Origin: Octopus bimaculoides
Taxonomy: Eukaryota
Direction: 5' to 3'
Length of the DNA: 53,871 nucleotides
Assembly: GCF_001194135.2 (NCBI RefSeq)
Contig: NC_068985.1
Location: 124,454,537-124,508,407, forward strand
Shown: one piece after another, positions 13,052 to 23,779 of the stretch
How positions within the stretch are numbered: the stretch's first letter is position 1
Layout: each line of letters begins with the position of its first letter
Position numbers and translations under genes: made by a program
The notes under the pieces: generated by a model
The model's database searches: none
What the model was told of the DNA's origin: nothing
The model's input: only the letters and a program-made list of their open reading frames with translations

Positions 13052-13257
13052 AAGGCAGCGCACTCGCAGAATCGTTGACACCCGGCAAAATGCTTTCGTC
13101 CATTTTTACGTTCTGAGTTCAAATACCGCCGTGGTCGACTTCGCCTTTCATCCTTTCGGGGTCGATGAAATAAATACCAGCTATGCACAGGGGTTGATAT
13201 AATCGACTTGCCCCTTCCCTAAGAATTTTCAAGGCCTTGTGCCTTGAGTAGAAATAA
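13052..13257 (+). mobile_element. SINE family A
   Basis: aaggcagcgcactcgcagaatcg..gagttcaaata..gcctttcatcctttcggggtcg..ggccttgtgcc. Confidence 0.85.
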
Positions 13258-13259
13258 TA

Positions 13260-13316
<57 letters not shown>

Positions 13317-13317
13317 G

Positions 13318-13870
13318 AGTAAGAGAGCAGTGCATGTCATCAAAGTCACACTGGAGTAAAATATACGAAGCCCAGTATACCCATCATGGCTACTCGTCTG
13401 ATGAGGGTACACGAGGCACATGTATCACAACCATATGTGCGCAACATGGTGATCTCATATCAAGATTAATAGCGCATGACCTTGCATGTGGGGGTCTACT
13501 TAGAATTTTCGTCAGGTCGGGTAGCCCATCCCGCTCAAAAGGTCCTTGAATAAGGTTTATTGAAGAATGTTGAGCAAAACACCCATGTTTCCAAAGGTGA
13601 ATTATTCAAACCCCAAAGAATTCCTCTCAACACATGATTATGATGCTCCCCCACTACTTCTGCTCATGATCAGAGACGCTCATATCGTCAGCCACCTAGG
13701 GACATGCTCAAGTGATTAAGGTCAAACAACTGACAAGCAAATCTGTGGTATTGAGCAGAATATTTGCTGTAGCCCATCTTTTATACCAACACAGAACAAT
13801 GTACATAATAACACTTCCAATCAGTTAAGATGAAAAGCCATGAGTACCCTGATACTGCATCAGGATATTT
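13318..13870 (-). mobile_element. ~550-bp non-autonomous element embedded in a (TTA)n/(AAT)n tract
   Basis: (TTA)n at 13258-13317 and ttattattac at ~13868-13885 flank it. Partial homologues lie at 564-608 and 2500-2815. No ORF. Confidence 0.7.
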
Positions 13871-13882
13871 ATTATTACTATT

Positions 13883-13947
<65 letters not shown>

Positions 13948-14665
13948 AAAGCTGCGCGCTGGCAGTATCGTTAACACGCCTGGCAAAGAGCTTAACAGCA
14001 TTTCGTGAGTCTTTATATTCTGAGCTCAAATTCCGCCGAGGTCGACTTTGTCCTTCATCCTTTCGAGGTCGATAAATTAAGTACCAGTTTCGTACTGGGA
14101 CGATTTAATCGACTGGCCTCCTCCCCAAAAATTTCGGGCCTTGTGCCTAGAGTAGAAAAAATTATCATTATTATTATTATTAGTAGTAGTAGTAGTATTA
14201 TTATTATTATTGTTAGTATTATTGTAAGGCTGTGCGCTGGCAGAATCGTTAGCACGCCGGGCAAAAAGCGTAGCGTCATTTCGTCCGTCTTTACGTTCTG
14301 AGTTCAAATTCCGCCGAGGTCGACTTTGCCTTTCATCTTTTCGGGGTCGATAAATTAAGTACCAGTTGTGGACTGAGGTCGATCTAATCGACTAGCCCCC
14401 CCCCACCACCACCACCACCAACGCCACCTCCCCAAAAATTTCAGGCCTTGTGCCTTGAATAAAAAAGATTNNNNNNNNNNNNNNNNNNNNNNNNNNNNNN
14501 NNNNNNNNNNNNNNNNNNNNNNNNNNNNNNNNNNNNNNNNNNNNNNNNNNNNNNNCCTTTTGGAGTCGATAAATTAAGTACCAGTTGGACACTGAGTCAA
14601 TGTAAAAGTCTTAAGCCATTCCCGGAATTTCCTGGCCTTGTGTCAAAATTTGAAACCATTATTAT
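13948..14665 (+). mobile_element. Cluster of three SINE family A copies (13948-14170, 14226-14470, partial 14556-14665)
   Basis: Each copy shows the family body or tail; they are separated by (TTA)/(TAG) tracts and an N-gap. Confidence 0.85.
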
Positions 14666-14807
14666 TTTTATTATGATTATTTGAAACAATGAGCATCAAC
14701 CTAGCAGAAGTACTCGATACAAATATAGAGTGAAATATTTATTTCGGCTGAAAATTTGATACGCTCACTTGAAGTTTAGCGTCGCGGTTTTTTATTCCTT
14801 AATTATA

Positions 14808-14846
<39 letters not shown>

Positions 14847-15099
14847 GAGACACGTGTATACAAACATATACACACAAACGTATACACGCATGCGTGTGTG
14901 TGTGTGAGTATGCGTGTGCAGTGTGTTTGTGCGCGTGTGTAAATGCATGTATTTCGGATTTTCTGGTTGAGATCAGATATATTTTTTTTGTTCTGTTTTT
15001 TTTTTTTTGTTTTTATATTAGACAACCGAAAAATGGCGTTATTGATTTTTGATGTTTGATTCAGTCTCTTTTCTTTCTATTTTGGGAGCCATATCCTTT

Positions 15100-15930
15100 T
15101 ATTATTGTTGTTATACTCTCCACTGCCAACACCACCAGTACAACAGCGGCAGTGGCAACGACAACAACAACAACAGCAGCAGTAAACCAACAACAACAGC
15201 AATAACTACAATCACAACTTCAACATACACGACTACCACCACAGCTTCTACAGCCATAACGGCAACCGAAATTACCATCACAACCACCAATACCATCACC
15301 ACAACAATTATAAAACCACCACTACCGCCACAACTACCACCAATACCATCACCACAACAATTATAAAACCACCACTACCGCCACAACTACCACCAACAGC
15401 CCTACAACAACAATAAAAATAATGACAACGCCAGCAATGGCAACCACTCTTACTACTACCATCACCACAACAATTATTAACAACAACCACCAATTTCACA
15501 ACCCCTACAACAACAACTGCCAGCTGCCCCAGTCACAACAATTATTACTACCACCACTACAGTAACACTAACAACAACCACCACTACCATAGCATTATAT
15601 ACCAGCACTACAAGAACCAGCATCGTCACAACAACAACAATTCTGTCATAACTAATCGATTGAGAACACTCATACCATTGCTGAATACATTGAGGTCGTG
15701 AAGTGGTAGTATAGTGGTGATGGCTGTGGTGAGGTGGAGGTGGATGTGGAGGTGGTGGTGTTGGTGAGGGTGTGATGGTGGTGAAGGAGGTAGTGTTGAT
15801 GGTGATCGTGGTGAGGTGGTGGTTAAGGCTGTTAGAGCTTCGTAGTTATGTTGGTGATGAATACAATGTTTGTAGTTTTGCTGGTGCGTTGGTGATGATG
15901 GTTGTTGTAAGACTGTAGTTGTAGTTGTTG
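15100..15930. repeat. Cryptic trinucleotide low-complexity tracts: (ACN)n then (GGT/GTG)n, with a ~55-bp internal duplication
   Basis: accatcaccacaacaattataaaaccaccactaccgccacaactaccaccaa occurs twice at ~15292-15398. Confidence 0.85.
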
Positions 15931-16329
15931 TATAACTCTCCAGGTTTACGTTGATGGGGCTAACCTGTTATCAAACATGGTCCAGCCTTGACCAATCCGT
16001 TTACGTTTCTTCTTCATGTATTTTTTTTTTTTCAATTATAGTATATCTAGTACTACATTAATCAATTCAATGTGTCCTTTTGAAGCTGGCTTGGGTCCTT
16101 CAATATCATAGCGTGTGATTTTAGGAAAAACTGGTTGTTATTTCTAACAACTCGAGCGACCAGTTAGAGGCTACTCGATGATCTATATCCACGCGTTCGG
16201 TAATTCATTTGCCCATTGATACAGAATGAAACAGCTGGAATTGACTATAGACTGATGAATTATCTACATCAGTTCCCTGCGCTCGTCTGCTGCTACACAA
16301 TCCCAGCGTGCATGTTAAATGCCATTCTA

Positions 16330-16430
16330 GATTCCCTCTAAAACATATCAGACAAAACTGGATGACTTTCTGCTGTCCATGCCTAAACAACGGCTGGATA
16401 GCGCCCACCCCGGGTCACCACTTCAGTTAT
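16330..16430 (+). pseudogene. Possible CR1/L2 LINE C-terminal remnant
   Basis: YQTKLDDFLLSMPKQ resembles the FKxxLDxFLxxxPD end of CR1-clade ORF2. The match is short. Confidence 0.35.
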
Positions 16431-17865
16431 TATTCATGTTAAGGTACCAGCGACACTTACAGAAGGACCTTATGTTTCCAAAACACTGCCACCTCAGTCC
16501 AACCATAACGTTTACATTCATCATAAAATATGAATCTGAAAAAAAAAGAGGGAGTGAGACAGAGAAAGCGGGAAGAGGAAGAGAGATAGTTAACAAAATG
16601 CTTACTCACCCGAATATTAGTTGTGTTTTTACTTATCGCCCCCTCACCAAAAAAAATTTTAAGTTGTAGTTTTATCTCTACAAAGAACGTACATAGCCTC
16701 TACGTCTCAACCTGCAAAAGATAGCATCCAAATATCTATCAGAGCATACGCTTTTATCAGTAAAAAGGAAGGATTTATCGGATACTAGAGGTCCTAAATA
16801 AAATGTACCTGAAGGAAAAAAACAAAGATGGTTCGGTCATGGTCGAAATTGTTTTGACCCTCGATGTGCTCAATTAGAGCTGATTAATGGTTAAACAACA
16901 AGAATTTTACTGTCTACTAGGACAGGTTTAGTAATCAATTTTTTGCTATTGATGACCGAGTTACACATTTTTTCTCATTTTCTTTCTGCCGTCTGAACTC
17001 TTTCATTCAGTCTCAAAGATCATCTCTTCATTTCGTCTCATTGCAAAGTTTTGAAATTTAGAGCCTTAGTTGTAGAATGGTACCCATAAATGGATCGTGG
17101 ATCGTTCCCAGTCACTATGAAGAACAAATCTAACATGTTCTCTCTCTGGTTATATTTTGCGTTGTACTTTAATTCATGTAGATGTTTGTGTAGTTGTTTC
17201 CTTTTTTTCTTTCTTTAGTTTAGAAATATATTTTTGTTTAATTTATCTATTTTTGTTTTCTTTCTTGTTTTTTCAGTTAATGCTAGCGTCATAAACGCAG
17301 TGCGCATCAAAATTCTTATTCAAAATACTCGTGCAGTGCGGAAAATAGAGCATTAATGCAATGAATAATGTCATAATGCATTTCGACTTGTACGGGGAAC
17401 AATTCCATACATGTTTTGCCATTAATATACCTCATCAGCAAAGGACAGACTTCATCGTAATTTATAATTCTATTTCTATTTCAACACTTGCAGCCTGAAC
17501 ACTGATTGCGAACACAACAACATATTATGTCTCTACGTAGTCGGTCGACTTCCTGAAAACAGCAGTCAAATTTTCCTCAAACCACAATCCGCCGTCTTAA
17601 ACAAGGACTGACACTAGATAATGTATTCCTACGTACTACAAAAATACAGGATAGACACAGTTGTATTTCATTTGAGTATAGACCAGCTATTGCACAGGAC
17701 TTTCCACCTCGAGGAGCCTCTCCTTAGTACTCAGCCTTTCCAATTACGCCTTGCCGTTGTAATAACGGATTGGACAGGTTAAGCAATGTAGCCCTGTGAT
17801 CAGACATTGATACTCTCTCGCCGTCCCCAACATTGACCCAGCAAAACATCCAGAGAGTATCAGCT

Positions 17866-18021
17866 GGAGAGAGAGGGAGGATTGAGAGAGAAGGAGGATT
17901 GAGAGAGGGAGAGAAAGAGAGAGGTAGAGAAAGAGAGAGGGAGAGAAATAGAGAGGGAGAGAAAGAGAGAGGGAGAGAAAGAGAGAGGGAGAGAAAGAGA
18001 GAGGGAGAGAAAGAGAGAGGG
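17866..18021. repeat. (GA)-rich purine tract with a 16-18 bp higher-order unit
   Basis: gagagggagagaaaga-like units seen directly. Confidence 0.9.
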
Positions 18022-18029
18022 AGCTATAT

Positions 18030-18185
18030 CAGCATCCGGCTGGTATGCATTTTAGCTGAAAGGACTGGGGAAACGTGAAATGCAGCACCTTGGTCAAGGA
18101 TACTACGAGCCACCCGATCCAGGAATTGAACCTATGACATTATGATCAAGAGCCGAACGCCCTAGAAACAGGGCCACGTACCTAC
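18030..18185 (-). mobile_element. Degenerate tRNA-headed CORE-like SINE
   Basis: Minus strand gtggccctgtttctagggcg..ggttcaattcctgg..tccttgaccaagg..catttcac. Confidence 0.5.
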
Positions 18186-18324
18186 ACTTATGTACTTTTA
18201 TATACCTAGGTATCTCTGAAAAGACATGACTACTCACAAGAAGTGATGATCACGAATGGGATGCTTTACTTCATGAATGAATTACAGTAGTGTATAATTT
18301 ACAGGAGATTTTGCGAACAGTAGG

Positions 18325-18695
18325 AGTGAACGCGTAGACACTCCATTTCTAAAGCGTGAAGACCACTCGTAAACTTGTATTTTGCTCATGGCAGCGTCCT
18401 TGTAAGCTGTTTAGAGCATGACAACTGTTTCGGCTGCTGTTTTCCCAAGCAGAAAACAGAATTTCATAGAAGCCCGCTGTTCCTTCGTTTCAGCCATCGC
18501 CAAATTCGACGAACAGGGGAGAAGCACTGCAAAGCAAAGACAAACCACGTGGCAGTACGACTCCACTCGACGGCGCCGGTCGGTAGAACTGATGACTGAA
18601 GGTTGCATCAAGTGGCTTCTAGCACCGGAAGCCTGAACTACAATGGGCTTGTTCCACAGAGCACGTTTCCGGTTACTTTTCGGTACACCCTCATA
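18325..18695 (-). pseudogene. Mariner element 5' end and transposase N-terminus
   Basis: TA followed by a tgagggtgtaccgaaaagtaaccgg terminus. Translation EQRASMKFCFLLGKTAAETVVML*TAYKDAAMSKIQVYEWSSRFRNG matches the mariner HTH region. Confidence 0.8.
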
Positions 18696-18755
18696 TGCAC
18701 ACAATCAAAGATTTTAAGATTGTATATGGTAATATTTTTAAAATTCAGTGCATTA

Positions 18756-18961
18756 TACGACGGGGTGCTGAAAAGTTCCTGGCTTTGGGTAAAAGAAAAT
18801 ACAGGAGGATCAGTTAATTATGATTTGATTCAACATATTCCCGTCTCAGATTCACACTTATTGCAGCGGTTCTTCAGGTTTTCTAAGTCATGTAAAAGAA
18901 TTCGGAGGTTGGGCCTTTCGCGAGATCCTTAAAACCAGGAACTTTTCACTGCCTGCTCGTA
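18756..18961. mobile_element. Mariner-type MITE
   Basis: Imperfect TIRs tacgacggggtgctgaaaagttcctggcttt / aaaaccaggaacttttcactgcctgctcgta, with TA at both ends. Confidence 0.75.
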
Positions 18962-19522
18962 TATATAGTTGATTAAAGAATATAAATAAAAATATATAAT
19001 AAAAAAATGTTGGTTTTTGTAAGATTTTCACAGAATAGGAAGATTTTGAAATGTTTATTTACAATTATTATTCAATTTTACTAATATTAACCTTCATTCT
19101 ACTTTTCATATAAATAACATTATTCTATCTTCTACGATCGGAATAATATGAAGTTATAAAGATTTATAGAAATACGCTGTGTGCTATTTAATAGAAAGGC
19201 CACGGCTCTGAAGTAGCAATAGTAAAATATTGACTCCCCACTTACCAGGCAAATGCAAAAGCAAAAATTATAAATCATATTCTTAATTATCTAAAACGAA
19301 ATGCATAATGGAAAATAAAGCGGCCGACATACTTTAATAAATCATAATTACCCTTTTCGCCATACAGTTGAAAATACCACTTCACTATCAGCAGGGATAT
19401 TTTTCTCAATGTTAAGCAGTATTAGATTGGAGAGTCACTCTTTCATATGTAAGCTCTGCAGTTTATACTTAACTTGAGCTTCGAAAAAGGAGCGCACCCA
19501 TTATTATTATAGTTGTTTCTGA

Positions 19523-19980
19523 AAGGCGGCGAGCTAGCAGAATCGTCAGCACACCGAGCGAAATGCTAAACAGTATTTCGTCCGTCTTGACATTCTAAGT
19601 TCAAATTCCGCCGAAGTCGACTTTGCCTTTCACCCTTTCAGGGTCGATAAAATAAATACTAGTTGAGTACTGGGGTTGATGAGATCGACAGTCCCACTCA
19701 CCAAAATTTCAAACCTTGCACTTATAGTAGAAAGAATTATTATCATAGTTGTTAGAGCGGCGAGCTCGCAGAATCGTTAACACACCGGACAAAATGCTTG
19801 TTTGTTTTGTTTTTTTTTTGTTTTTTTTTTGTGTGTCTTTATGTTCTAAGTTCAAATTCCGGCCGAGTCGACTTTCATTTTTTTCAGGGTTAATGAAATA
19901 AGTACTGAGGGTCAATGTAATCGATTATTCCCCTCCCCAAACATATCTGGCCTTGTGCCTATAGTAGAAAGGATTATTAT
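19523..19980 (+). mobile_element. Two tandem SINE family A copies (19523-19742, 19754-19980)
   Basis: Head, B-box, body and tail are all recognisable. Confidence 0.85.
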
Positions 19981-20340
19981 AATTGTCACTGGAGGTGTTG
20001 CATAAATTTTAATTCATAGATATTTCAGAAGCTCATATCAGTATCGTTTTCCTTGATACATTTCAGGGCTGAACTCGGATTACTTTTTTAGCAATGGATA
20101 AAAAAGTAATCCGAGATCAGCCCTGAAATGTATCAAGGAAAACGATACTGATATGAGCTTCTGAAATATCTATGAATTAAAATTTATGCAACACCTTCAG
20201 TAACAATAATAACAATCCTTTCTACTATAGGCACAAGGCTAGGTATGTTTGGGGAGGGGAATAATCGATTACATTGACCCCCAGTACTTATTTCATTAAC
20301 CCTGAAAAAAAGAAAGTCGACTAGGGCGGAATTTGAACTT
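19848..20340. repeat. ~490-bp palindrome (arms ~243 bp, 8-nt loop gcaatgga at 20091-20098)
   Basis: 19993-20090 vs 20099-20196 differ at 1 base. The outer arms are the same SINE copy and share private changes (tttttttcagggttaatgaaataagtactg). Confidence 0.95.
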
Positions 20341-21540
20341 CTGTCTAAAGTTTGTAATCTTATTCAGAGTCATACACTTTGCAGAGAAATTTACTAATTG
20401 TTGTCATGTGTCCACTTGCCTTCTATAGTTTAATTATGTAATTAAGCCATGAAGAGACTTCAGGATATTTCCTGTCTTCACCCTTTCCTTTCAATCCCCA
20501 TCTATTATCTTGAATAAGTATGGGATCTTTTTTAAAACGGGGGCCACATTTTTCATTAACGAAACACTTTGAAACTTGGAACACTGGTGGAATGTGTCAT
20601 ATAAAACATCTTTTTCTCTTAGTCTTCTTAAAAAAAAAAGAAATCCATAAATTATTCCATGTTAAAGTTGTCGTATTTCTGTAATTTCAACCAATCACTG
20701 ACGTCCATTCAGCCGATATACATTAAGTGCCGACTACATAAACAAACGATTCTGAAACAATTAACCCTAACCCTAACCCTAACTCTAACCCTAACCCTAA
20801 CCCTAGGGTTAGGGTCAAAGCAAATTTAAAATGAAAAAAGCAAATAAAACGAAGGTATGGAGATTAAATACGCTTTACATCGCTTAGTGAGCCAAAGGAG
20901 TAAATGTAAACAACTGAATACTTGTCAGTGATTGGTTGAAATTATCGAAATAAGACAATTTTTTACATGAAATAAATTCGAATACAAAAATATTTTTCTG
21001 TTCTATAACACAAAATAGATAAGTATACGAAGTTTGAAAGTCTTTCGCTACCAAAAACACTACGTAAAACATTAATGAAAAATGTGGCCCCCGTTTTAAA
21101 AAAGATCCTAAGTATGTCCAGAAATGTGCAATATAGTTCCACACGGTAGAACACCTTCAAGTTCTGTCGCGGTTAATCGGCTCCGATTAGGAATTTTCAG
21201 TGGAATTTCAGTAACTGCATCTTGTGCTTGTTGAATTACAGTCTGATACATTACTCTGAAATTTTCTTCGGTTATTAGTTCATTAAGTCCCTTCATCACA
21301 TGAATGACTGTATATGTAGTTGGTAAACCATGATCTAGATGTTGAATAAACATTTGATGCAGTAGACGTCTCCATGAATAGTTGTGTTTTAAGTTGATAC
21401 AATGTAACTATATAATTGCATCTTCACTTACTTGATCTGGTTTGAGTAATTTCCCTCGGAATGGGACGATTGGACGCGGCTGTTTGGACGCTGACGATTC
21501 TGCACGGCTGACAGGATGATCAACTTGGTGAGGTGGCAGT
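19985..21540 (-). pseudogene. hAT transposase remnant (C-terminal half), interrupted by a MITE and an inverted duplication
   Basis: Stitched translation ..NELITEENFRVMYQ..EIPLKIPNRSRL../LKVFYRVELYCTFLDILIQD..KSNPSSALKCIKENDTDMSF*NIYELKF/ATPPVT resembles hAT YYRxxxYxPFLDxLI and the FPNIYxLLKxxATLPVT dimerisation-domain entry. Confidence 0.6.
20523..21108. mobile_element. MITE with perfect 37-bp TIRs and 8-bp TSD, Merlin-like, carrying internal (CCCTAA)/(TTAGGG) repeats
   Basis: TIR ggatcttttttaaaacgggggccacatttttcattaa at 20523-20559 and inverted at 21072-21108. TSD taagtatg at 20515-20522 and 21109-21116. Telomere-type repeats at 20761-20815. The superfamily is inferred from the GG terminus and 8-bp TSD. 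Confidence 0.85.
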
Positions 21541-22040
21541 ACGTTTTAGTAAAGAAAGCTAACACACACACATACAACACATGCGCACATACGTACGAAT
21601 GCGCAGGAATATACACATTCAGATAGAATGAAAGAAAGAGGAAGAGAGGCATTATACCTACATAACTATATTCTGACCAATATAAACAGAGAGGGAGAGG
21701 GGAGAGAGAGAGAACGAGAGAAACATTAAAACGTCTGATGTCAAATAAATCAACGTCAAATCAGCGATGCCAAATAGGAGATACCTTAATGGCTGTGCCA
21801 AAATGGTCTCATACCCAGTTTCAGATATTTTGTACTCAACAGATTAAATACACTCTGAGCTACCAGATTAAAGTATGGAATTCAAGGGATGTAGTCCAAG
21901 GGGACTTCCGCCAGCTAAAAGACCTCCAGTAAATATGTGAAAATGTATTGAAAATATCACTTGTGGGAAGGTTCAAAATATTTGTACAGAATCTTAATTC
22001 GATTCTGGGTGATTATGACAATAATAAATCTATTCAAAAC

Positions 22041-22272
22041 TATTGGGTTGTCCGGAAAGTTCGTGCCAATTTATAGTAGCTTACCTTTCGACTTATTTGC
22101 CATGAAACCACCTCAATTCTGGGAAGAGGATATTTTCAAGTTAAAGGAAAGATGGAGACGCATTGTGCAACAAAATGGTTCATATTTTGTTGATTAAAAA
22201 TGTAATGGCAAGTATTTATTGACCTTTTTCTTTCCTTTAAAAATCGGCACGAACTTTCCGGACAACCCAATA
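22041..22272 (+). mobile_element. Internally deleted mariner (MITE) retaining the transposase C-terminus
   Basis: TIRs tattgggttgtccggaaagttcgtgcc / ggcacgaactttccggacaacccaata. Internal FAMKPPQFWEEDIFKLKERWRRIVQQNGSYFVD* matches the mariner C-terminus. Confidence 0.9.
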
Positions 22273-22377
22273 TTTACGCTACACACTTTTCAAAATGTAG
22301 CTTGCTTTATCGCTCACAAAAGGCTCAGAAGCCAAATTCTTATTTACTCTTACATCCTGTGTGTGATAAGAATAACT

Positions 22378-22540
22378 TCTCACATAGGTACAATACCAGA
22401 AATTTGGGGAAAGGGGAACAGTCTATTATATCGATTCCGGAAAGATGAAAGACAAAGTTGACTACGATGGAATATGAACTCAAAATGTAAAAAACTGGCA
22501 CAAATACTGACAGACATTTTGTCCAGCAAGCTAACGATTT
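22378..22540 (-). mobile_element. SINE family A, degenerate
   Basis: ggatgaaagacaaagttgac..gaactc..gctaacgatt pattern. Confidence 0.7.
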
Positions 22541-23049
22541 AATGATTTGTAACATAGACACAAAGGAAACGATGCTGATGCTATGTGAAGTGAGGGGTGT
22601 AGTTAAGGCGAAAGGATTGCCGTTAATATCGTACTTGGGAAAAATTACATAATTTTATGATAAATAATCTAGCTTAGTCACTTTTAATGAAAATTGTCTT
22701 GTTTAAAAAAAAGTCAATTTCATATTAAAAATGTAAAGATTATGGTGTGCTGTTTAATAAATTATTTGTTAATTAAAAATGTTAATTTTAGAATTTTCAC
22801 ATCGATGGCTCCACAGCGTCAGACTGTATACATATTGATTTAGTAACAATGGAAACAGTAGTTGAAAAATAAGTATTAGGTGACATGTTTTCTATTAAAA
22901 ATACATTTTTGAATTTTAACTTTACAGGACACTTTTTAGTTTGAAGAAGAAAAACACAAGCACTCTTACATCCTACCCCAGTACACGCGCCTAGACAACA
23001 CAGAGGCTCGTTGTGATAAAGTGTAATTACTATTGCTGTTGTTGAAAAT

Positions 23050-23245
23050 TGGTGAGCTGGCAGAATCGTTAGCACATCAGGCAAAATGTTTGGCGGCATT
23101 TCGTCTGTCTTCATGCTCTGAATTCAAATTCTGCCGAGGTCAACTTTGCCTTTCATCCTTTCGGGGTCGATAAAATAAGTACCAGTTGAGCTACCGGCTT
23201 CCCCCAGACTTGCTGGCCTTGTGTAAAGATTTGAAATCAATATTG
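23050..23245 (+). mobile_element. SINE family A
   Basis: ggtgagctggcagaatcgttagc..gaattcaaattc..gcctttcatcctttcggggtcg. Confidence 0.85.
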
Positions 23246-23746
23246 TTGTGGTGGTGGTGGTATTGTCGTTGTTGTTAATATCGGTGTAGTTGTTCTCACT
23301 TCAGTTATTATCCCCAATATTTCGATCCTTTCTCGAACGACATGGGAAGCCCGTGCTACGATAACATCAACAGCCCACACCTCTGTGGCCGTGTGTAAAA
23401 CATACTATTGTTGACGTTGTTTAATCCTAAATAAATCTTGATCGAACAGATTAGAAGCATAACGGCCGTCACCATCCGACTTGTTTGGAAGTATCACAAA
23501 CAGCATTGAGAAAGAGGGGGAGGAGGAGATACAGAAAGAGAGTGTGTGTGTGCGTGCGTGCTTGCGTACCTCTGTGTGTGTGTGTGTGTATGTCTGTGTG
23601 AGAGAGAGAGAGAGTATGGATGTATATAAAGATAGATAAAGAGATTGATAGAAAGAAGTTATTTATTGTCTCTAGTTCAATGCATGATTGAGCACAGTGA
23701 CCTTAGATTGACCACTGGCCATTAATGACACACACACACACACACA

Positions 23747-23779
<33 letters not shown>

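Noticed and set aside
5780-17360. Plus-strand acceptor-like sites (about 5790, 8485, 10508, 17276) followed by short open frames
   Set aside because: The peptides are unrecognisable, the donors are weak or absent, and such sites are expected by chance in T-rich DNA. RNA-seq would be needed.
21428-21540. Open frame ending at a strong gtaagt donor on minus (..PFRGKLLKPDQ)
   Set aside because: No upstream acceptor or ATG, and the frame continues through the site into the hAT remnant, so a host exon is not supported.
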